A program made the translations under genes and the position numbers. DNA of 64,000 bases, taken from the NCBI GenBank assembly GCA_946965045.2, contig OX337228.1, forward strand, positions 2,232,001-2,296,000, read 5' to 3'. Below, one piece after another: positions 56,301 to 64,000 of the stretch (position 1 is the first letter of the stretch; each line of letters begins with the position of its first letter). The notes beneath the pieces were generated by a model. That model worked only from the letters and a program-made list of their open reading frames with translations, made no database searches and had not been told where the DNA came from. The stretch comes from Epithemia pelagica (lineage: Eukaryota; Protista; Bacillariophyta).

Positions 56301-59300
56301 CGGTGGAAGGAGGGTGATGTCATTGGTTGCATGGTCGACATTGACGAGAGAGTCATGTCATTCACGTTAAATGGGGAAGGAGAAAGCATTGGCATGGGTG
56401 TAGCTTTCACTGGTTTCAGTTTCTGTGGAGGATTGTACCCGGTTGTAAGCTTTAACAGACGGGAACGGCTACGGCTTATCCTCGGCGGAAGCGGAGCTCC
56501 GTTTAGGTTTGCGCCACCAGATGGATATCGTGGGGTCGGGGAGGCCCTGTTAGCATCAGTGGAAGAACGCGATATTCTGGTCCGGAAAGAAGATATCTTA
56601 GGACTAAGTGGCGAGCTTTCAGAGGGCCAAAAGTACCTTCCGGATTTTTCCGATGAGGAGCACGGTAATGAGCTTTTCTCCTGGTCTCATAGATACTATG
56701 GGTCTGATGCTTCTGTGCACTTGGGATCGTCACGGACAAAAGCTACGTCAGGTGATGCGAGCCAGGTGACGAACCCTGCGGAACAGGTTTCTCGGCGAGT
56801 CGATGGTGCATGGTGCAATGTTCCCAGAGTCAGTTGCGAAACAGGTCGTGAACTTTTAGACACACTTGTGGAAGGCTACAAGACCGTTCATGCAGAAATT
56901 GCGTACGATGTTTTTGTGGAATCTGTTTGTTCGGCGGTTATTTTGTGCCGAAAGTTGCTGTTCCATGCTATCATTTCCACAGGCCACTTCAATGTATCAA
57001 AGTTTTCTCATTTTCGAAGTGAACCCACCTCCATTCTCAATCGCTTGTGGAAAGTAATAGAAACTGCGTGCAGCGTAAAAAACTGGTCTGGGGAAGCTGG
57101 AGCAATGGCTATGGCAGCAGAAGCGTTGGGACTTGGCATTCAGTTACAGAGTCGACATGGTTTTGAACGTCTTGGAGTGTCATCGGAAGAGCTTGTTGCT
57201 GCACGACCAGCGTTCACTCAGCTCCTTACTTCCTTGATGAGAAGTCACCCTGAACGTTCGGAGACAAGCAATTTATTTGCTGCCGCAGCTGAGTGGAACG
57301 GGGGGCCCGCAGTTTTTTTGCGGCACGGAATAGAAAGTGCAATCGCAGAATCGGAGGACTTTTGTAGAGTTGTGCTATCATCTGCTCGGAGGTCTGTGCG
57401 TCTTCTAGCAGGAATAGAGGATTCAGACGCCCGAAGCAGTCACAACACGGAAGATGAAGCCGAGTCCTCAGGTGTGGTGCATGAAGACAAGCTGAATCAG
57501 CCTGATGCGAGATTCCTGTCTTTTGTGACTGGAATACTTCTAAATGCTCGGATAAATGCCCCGTTTCGTTCTGAATCGCTTGAAGTGGGTCTTTTTCAGG
57601 CGTGGAGCGTTGGGTTATTGTCGGCTTCTTTGCCCTGGCGCATGGTTTCTGCCCTCACTGTGAGCACAATTCTCGAACGCACCCCTACAGTCTTCGCGAA
57701 AGCGTTGACACCAACTCTTGCTCGTTTCTATGGAAGACTCCATGGAACTCTCGCACGACGAGCATGGGCTGAAAGGGCTGCGTATCCAATTTGTTCGAGA
57801 TATTTCCAGGCTATGTTGGAGTTACTATTCTCGGTTCGTAAGAGTGTGAAGGGGTTGAGTGGATTACCGGACTACTTCTCGCGTTACTGGGGTGTATACG
57901 AAGTTGAAGCGTCATCTCCACGATGCTTGCCGTCGGAAGACCCAGAATCAATGGATTGGCAATCGGAAGAGGGATGGATTGCAAATGAAGAGGTTTGGAC
58001 TGGTCACTTGATCTACGACGAACTTTCATGGTCGAAGCCAGGAAGAAGCTCGGTGCGTCCTCTTACGGACGGAGAAGGTCCACCCATGTTACGGGAAGGA
58101 TGCACGGTAATGAGAGGACCTGACTGGCCAAAGGCTAGTAACAGGAACGAAGACGGTTTCGATGTTTATGAAACCGCGAAGAAGAAGCGTGATCATGAAG
58201 TAAAGTTGTCTAAGGATGCGTCGTCTTCGAATGAAGATATTCCTAAGTCGGAATATGAAGAATCCGGTAGAGAGACTGCTGAGCTTCCGAAGTCTGATGC
58301 GAGCAAATCGAAGGATGAAGAGAAACCAGAGGAAAATCCTGGTAGCAAGAAGGCGAAGAAGAAAATCCCCCACCCTAAGTTACCCTTGGGTCGGATTGTT
58401 TCTATTGAACCGTGGAATGGAGTTCCTGCAGTGGGCCGTCGTGTGCGTTGGCAACTTACAGGGGACGAAGAAGTGTATCGTTTTGGTGGTGATGGTGGTA
58501 AACATGATATTGTCCATGTCGAGACCAATGGACGTGGTACCAAAGTTATCAAGAAGTATCCTTTTCCTGAAACCTCGGAACAGTGCGCTGCGCGACGAGG
58601 TTTTGGCACCAAGAAATCATACAGTTTGCTGCTGCGTTTCAAAAGGCCCTTGGATACAACGAGAAGAATGACAAGCGCCATAATGGAACTTCCGGACTTT
58701 GGCGCCGCCGTCAAAGTCTCGGTTCGCCTCAACAGCGATGGGTCAGTGGCTGTTCGAGAAGAAGAAATCCTTTTCGGGAGTAAGGATTCTGGTTGGGAAG
58801 CCCGATTCGGACAACCGTCTTTTGTACCGGGTTCAGAATATACTCTTCGAGTAAAAGAAAGGCATCAAAGCCAAGATCTTATGTCCCCTTTCTCGTCCTT
58901 TTCTGAAAACATGGAAGGAACTTCAGTGTTCAAAGCCTCCGTCCTTCGAAACCCGGAAAATGGAATGCCACTAAAAGTTTCAAGCACTATGCGCATTACC
59001 AGAGGTCGTCGCGATCGAGAACAAACTATACCGAGTGGTTGCTTTCCTTCACCATTGGTGTTTGACAAGAATTGCCACGCTGCAAACCTAACTGTCAGCA
59101 AAGATGGCCGCTCGGTTGCATGTACTTCCACAGATGGCAAGTATCTACTGCATGGACCATGATTACAAGTTTTCCATTTTCTTTCTAACGTTATTGTATA
59201 TTGCACTACAGGGAGAGGGTGTGCGTTTGCTGAGATTGGTTTTTCGAAGTAAGTAGTTTGATGTTTGGTTTATCCTTCCAACGCCTTTTTTCTCACAATA

Positions 59301-62300
59301 TTTCTCGTTTTTCCTCAAAGGGGTTTTCACTATTGGGAAGTGAAAATTGAAAGCTGCGAGAGCGGGAGCATTTTCATTGGATGCTCCGAGAAACCTCCAA
59401 CTGAGGGCACTAACCGATTTAATCGATGGCTTGGTTGGGGCTTCGTTAACTTCCGAGCCACTTACACTAGTGGATCAGAAAAAGTCTACGGCGTTCACGC
59501 CAATGCCGGAGATACAGTTGGTGTTGTACTTGATTGTGATGCTGGAAGGGTGGCTTTCTTCTACGATGGACTGAAATACGGTGAACATATCATAAATGAT
59601 CTTGGATGCGCCTTTGAGAACCTATCGCCCTTTGGTTTCAGTGTGGAGGGATGTGGCACTGGTGGACAAGGACAAGGTGCCACTAGCGGCTTCCCTCGTT
59701 CCCCTGCTCAAGGTTTTGTTCGACCGAAAACTCTTTACCCGGTTGTGGGATTGCGAAATCACGGTGATCGTGTCACGTTACGTCCCGGCTGGACCTCGAC
59801 TTTCGGAGTTGACGGCCCCCGAACGATAGAAAACGTGCTAGGTGTTTTGGACACTGTAGAATCGTACATACGAAGTGATTCGTCGTTTCCTGCTGCGATA
59901 GTCGATGAAGGCTTCCATGAATACCAAAAGTGGTGTTCGGAATCCTCACGCCAAACTATTTCGCGTGGAAATCGCGTTTACAGGATTGAGATGGACACAA
60001 GTGCTGCGGCTTGCGCGACTGCCTCAGCAGCGTTGGGGCTGACCACAGTGTTGCTTCCTGGTGATCGTTTGAAGCTGAAGAGGAGCGCAGGTCGAAAGCT
60101 GGAGCTCGCGGAGGACGCAGTGATTCTTGGACAGCATCAATTACGGTTGTACTACAAGATTGTTGCCCAGAAGAACGAAGGCCAATCTCTTACAGAAGGA
60201 GGCGAGCTCCCGCACTTTTTCGAAGAATGCGACATGGTAGACGGGGTGGAGTTCGTAACCTCGCCTGAACATACTCGACCGGAATTGCCTTTGTTAGATC
60301 GCTTCAAATGGCGTATGCAGTGCGGACTCAAGGTTGTTTACAGTGGCGGAGCCGTGATTCGGGGTGATCTTGAAATTAATGACGCATCCCCAAATCTCGG
60401 GACTGTCCCAGCAGAAACCATTATTGCCCCAGAAGACATTATCGAACGGAGAGTAAATTCTTGTGGTGTTGTTCGTTTCAGGGTACGGTTCGGGGAACTC
60501 GAAGGGTACATTTCTGCAAATATACGAGGTGGCACTGAAGAGCCAATCGTCCAAGTCGATTGTGAAGACATCGAATCTGTAGTCCCTTCGGCCAACTTTC
60601 CGACCCCTTATGAATGCGCCGATAAATGGTTGAGGGATGCCACGGCTTTAGGACTTCCTTTCGATGAACAGCCAAACGTCCGCTGGAGGATTCCCGACAA
60701 GCATACGTTCAAAGCATTATTGGCTCGGTCTTGCCCCAAGGGAGTAAATACGAAGGCTTTTGATGAGAAGCTAGTCGCTGCTCTCAGTGCTTTAGGAGAT
60801 TCGACCGTCTCAGCAGACACGTTTGATTGTAAATTCTCAGACGTCGTGTTTGCTTTTTCGGGAACCTTCGATGTCCCTGAGGATACCGTAGTCCCACATA
60901 CGACGCTTTTTACTGGGTCCGAGTCGGCGGCGACCATGTTGACTAAGTTTGATTCGCTTGATGTACCTCTCCCATGTCTTGACGCTGTCCTTGCACGTTT
61001 GGCAGTTCTTCGAGTATTGAATATGCGTGCTCAATTTGCTTTACCATGGATTCCATTGAGACCAGCTCAGGAAGGATCAGCCCTGTTAGGCGGATTACAT
61101 GGTCTTGGAACTCCGGTTGATAAAGCTGGTCGCGCGACAGCAAGTTTACGTGATCGGAAAGACTGGTTGTTGTCTTCTTTACCAATGAAGATGAGGTCTT
61201 GTCGCGGCCTTTTCTTTACGTCCGTCAAACGTGCTCTTCTTTCTAACATCACTGAAGTCACCACTACGTGAGTCTTCTTAAAAAAATGTCCATGGATTAT
61301 ATGGTGATTTGTCCCCTCACGCTTTTTTCTTTCAACAGTCCAACACCTCTTAGTCACGACGAGTACGAACTACCTCGAGAGATTCGCACGGTTCGCATCA
61401 ATAGGATGCGGGCAGCGAGAGCTATGGAATCTTCAGACGCAAATCTACGGAGAAAATATTCTCTGTTCTTTCAAATAATGAACGAAACGAAGAGTTGGGG
61501 AGGCGCTGCGCTTCGACGAGGATATGTGGCGAAGGGCCACGGTGGTCAAAAGCGGGCGTTTAAGGTGAAGTTTGTGGGTGAAGGAGTCAATGATTATTCT
61601 GGACCATACCGTGAAGTTTTTGCTGAGGCCATGAATGAAGTGCTAAAGCTCGATGCAAAAGGTAACGGCGTTCTTGCTGTGTTGGAACCTTCGCCTAACA
61701 CTCTTTCAGCAATTGGCGAAGACCAAGGCCTATACGTTTTCTCGTCTAATGGCCAAAATCTTTTGGACTTGAAACCTTTGCTTCCAGTTGATGGTATCGA
61801 CAAGAGGGAGCTTCACATGCGAGATGTGTTCGCGAGTCTTTTGTCTGCAAGAAACGAAGCCACGAGGGAAGTAGAGGAGGCGTTGGTGTTCTTAGGACGT
61901 TTGACTGGTACTGCATACCGACACGGTATTCAGCTTGATTTGCCACTTCCACAGTCGACCTTCTGGAATATGATAGTTGAAACAGAAGACGTGCCTTCGT
62001 CGTCCCAGCTGGAGGAGATAGATGTCCTGGCCGCGAAAGGTAACCAAGCCACACCTATTCTCTGGTGGCAAAAGCGAATGCTGAACTTCTTTGTTGAAGG
62101 ATTGAGCAACGTCATTCCCGTTGAAATTCTTCCTTTGTTTTGCGCACATGAGCTGCAAGATACTCTTTGCGGTAGTTCTGATGTTGACGTGGAAACGTTG
62201 AAGCGGGTTGTTGAATACGAAGGTTATGATGGTGACGAACCAGTCATCCAGAATTTTTGGACTGTTCTTCGGGAATCGACCTCACATGACCGGAAAGCGT

Positions 62301-62590
62301 TCTTACAATATGTTTGGGCAAGGAGTCGTTTGCCTTCACGCGTGGCGGATTTTGAGACACCATTCAAAATAATAAAGGATACCGCTAATTCTGGGGAACG
62401 TGCGGACATGGCTCTCCCCAGTGCTTCGACGTGTTTCTTTTCACTTACCCTCCCGATGTACAGCAGTGTTGAAATTCTTCGACAAAAACTGTTGTTCGCT
62501 ATTCATAATGTGACTACAATGGAAACTGACTTCCAAACAAATTTGTCTGAGGTGGCAGAGGGTTACCGCGCACTAGCGGGAGTACCATAG
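47318..62590 (+). CDS. Giant HECT E3 ubiquitin ligase (SPRY, 2xUBA, SPRY, MIB/HERC2, SPRY, HECT), 7 exons, about 4,937 aa
   Basis: Exons 47318-47416, 47512-50763, 50832-56088, 56167-59136, 59212-59248, 59321-61267 and 61339-62590 total 14,814 nt, in frame. SPRY (GVHRWAV, GKWYYEV, GFHYWEV); UBA (MGELGIP, LMEMGFP); MIB/HERC2 (VMRGPDWP...YRFG); HECT (FVGEGVNDYSGPYRE...LPSASTCF). Confidence 0.9.
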
Positions 62591-62656
62591 ACAGTAAGCA
62601 AAATCATGGGATTCAAAATATAGACATGTAATCATCTTCATTCTTTGTTAACCATA

Positions 62657-64000
62657 TTAATTTAGCTCTTGAGCAATGTTGCTCGCTTGGTTCGGTTCGC
62701 ATCGCGAATTGTTAGCGATGTGTTTCAATTTGGCTTCCAGCGCTACCATGAAAAACTGAATCGCCGTACTGCGCTTCTTCATTACGCACGAGAATAGAGC
62801 AACGGCCTCACGAATTTGTTTTTCAGTTCGCGAAAGTTCCAGAATAACGTCACTCACGAGATGGCGGTCATCTTGATGAAAACAAAATAGCAGGTTCTCC
62901 TCCCAGTTGTAGAACACCTCACTGAGCGCGTCTAAAGTTGACTTTTCCGACCTTGCCTTCTTGACAAAACAGAGGGCTTGCTCACGATCGGTTTCATGTA
63001 GCATCGAAATATTCACTTCTTTATGTTGGGAGACGGGTACACGGTCTTGAAAGTGGTCAATCATGCCTAACAAATCATTCATACCAGCATTTTCCATGTC
63101 ACTGGATTCAACGAAAAGGTTGTCGAACGACGACGTTAACTCGCTGGTGATGAGTGCTTGCCACAAACACGCTGTTTCCGGCGATAATCTCTCATTCGTA
63201 CGAGATGAAACTTGGATGCGACTGTGGCAACGCAAAACATCGTCATCATCGCTCTGGAAGCCAGCCTCGTGTCTATCCAGGTCGTCGATAAAAGGGCATT
63301 CGATCTTGACTGCAACTTCATCGATCTGGGGGCACTCTTTGGCATAAAGGTCGTTGTCTTCAGACTCATCATGGTCCGACAGCTGAGCGTCTCTAACTTC
63401 TCCATTAACAATTTGCGTTAAAGTTGCCTGAATACCTTGCCTCTTCACTCCAAAGAGTCGTGATTGCGCCTTCTCCACCATGTGGTTCGCTAATGGGTTT
63501 CTCGGTTCAGCATGGTCCAATTTGTCATCGAGTTCTTTAGAATCAGGGAGGAACCACGATTTTTCAACGTTTTCTCCAATTTTCATGAGCCGTTCTCGTT
63601 TTTTCCACATGTCGCGGCGGTGTGCTTTGAGTCGCCGCCGCAAGCTGTCTTCTTCACTGGAATAGCGTTCCACAAGTTTTTCCAACTTTTGTAGTCGGCT
63701 TATCAATGCCTTCTCAATCGCAACATCTGACTGGGACATATCCAAGGGAATCTTCTCTTCGTTTTTAAATCGACCTTGCATACACGGGCAACTCTTACAT
63801 TGTTGGCAAGTCATCGATCGAGGTCTTATCTTTTCGTTCTGTACCCGACTAGTGGACGTCACCTTGCTTCGGTCGGAAATATCTGAGGATTTAGAATCCT
63901 TTCGTCTTTCACCACACGTTTCTTTTTCACACAGAAGAGATTTCTTTCCTGATCCAGCCGTTCTGCCCCTAGCTCGTGATTTTGTTGAATCACTCGATTT
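62657..64000 (-). CDS. Uncharacterised coiled-coil protein, 5' partial
   Basis: Frame stays open from 63862 to the window end; charged helical composition. No family recognised. Confidence 0.7.
   Translation of the reverse strand, partial: KSSDSTKSRARGRTAGSGKKSLLCEKETCGERRKDSKSSDISDRSKVTSTSRVQNEKIRPRSMTCQQCKSCPCMQGRFKNEEKIPLDMSQSDVAIEKALISRLQKLEKLVERYSSEEDSLRRRLKAHRRDMWKKRERLMKIGENVEKSWFLPDSKELDDKLDHAEPRNPLANHMVEKAQSRLFGVKRQGIQATLTQIVNGEVRDAQLSDHDESEDNDLYAKECPQIDEVAVKIECPFIDDLDRHEAGFQSDDDDVLRCHSRIQVSSRTNERLSPETACLWQALITSELTSSFDNLFVESSDMENAGMNDLLGMIDHFQDRVPVSQHKEVNISMLHETDREQALCFVKKARSEKSTLDALSEVFYNWEENLLFCFHQDDRHLVSDVILELSRTEKQIREAVALFSCVMKKRSTAIQFFMVALEAKLKHIANNSRCEPNQASNIAQELN

Noticed and set aside
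1-64000. tRNA or rRNA genes
   Set aside because: No cloverleaf or conserved rRNA signature recognised by eye; tRNAscan-SE/Infernal would be needed to exclude them.

Overview
Gene-dense eukaryotic DNA, most likely from a pennate diatom (inferred from 68-98 nt introns, a CoDi-like copia element and diatom-type gene families). Left end: an intact Ty1/copia element cut by the window edge, with its 3' LTR just upstream of a kinetoplastid-type STT3 that has an ankyrin tail. Host genes include DUF179, WBP11-GYF, three paralogs of an uncharacterised KFxWKxYPELE family, a GRKGDPRM protein that needs a 5-nt micro-exon, an AAA ATPase, an inositol 5-phosphatase and a ~4,900-aa SPRY/UBA/MIB-HERC2/HECT ligase. 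The standout is a nested mobile cluster at 21989-37044. Two diverged MITEs, each with a 10-bp TSD, sit 24 bp apart with their interiors in opposite orientation. A 13.5-kb piggyBac-like DNA transposon (23481-37028) has inserted into the CTAG at the tip of the second MITE. Its 2.1-2.9 kb terminal inverted repeats are built from 193-bp tandem arrays. It carries an intron-containing DDD transposase, two unknown ORFs, and a 926-aa protein fusing a SET domain to a 2OG-Fe(II) dioxygenase-like domain, which makes it a candidate transposon-borne chromatin-modifying system. All family assignments come from motifs recognised by eye; no searches were run.
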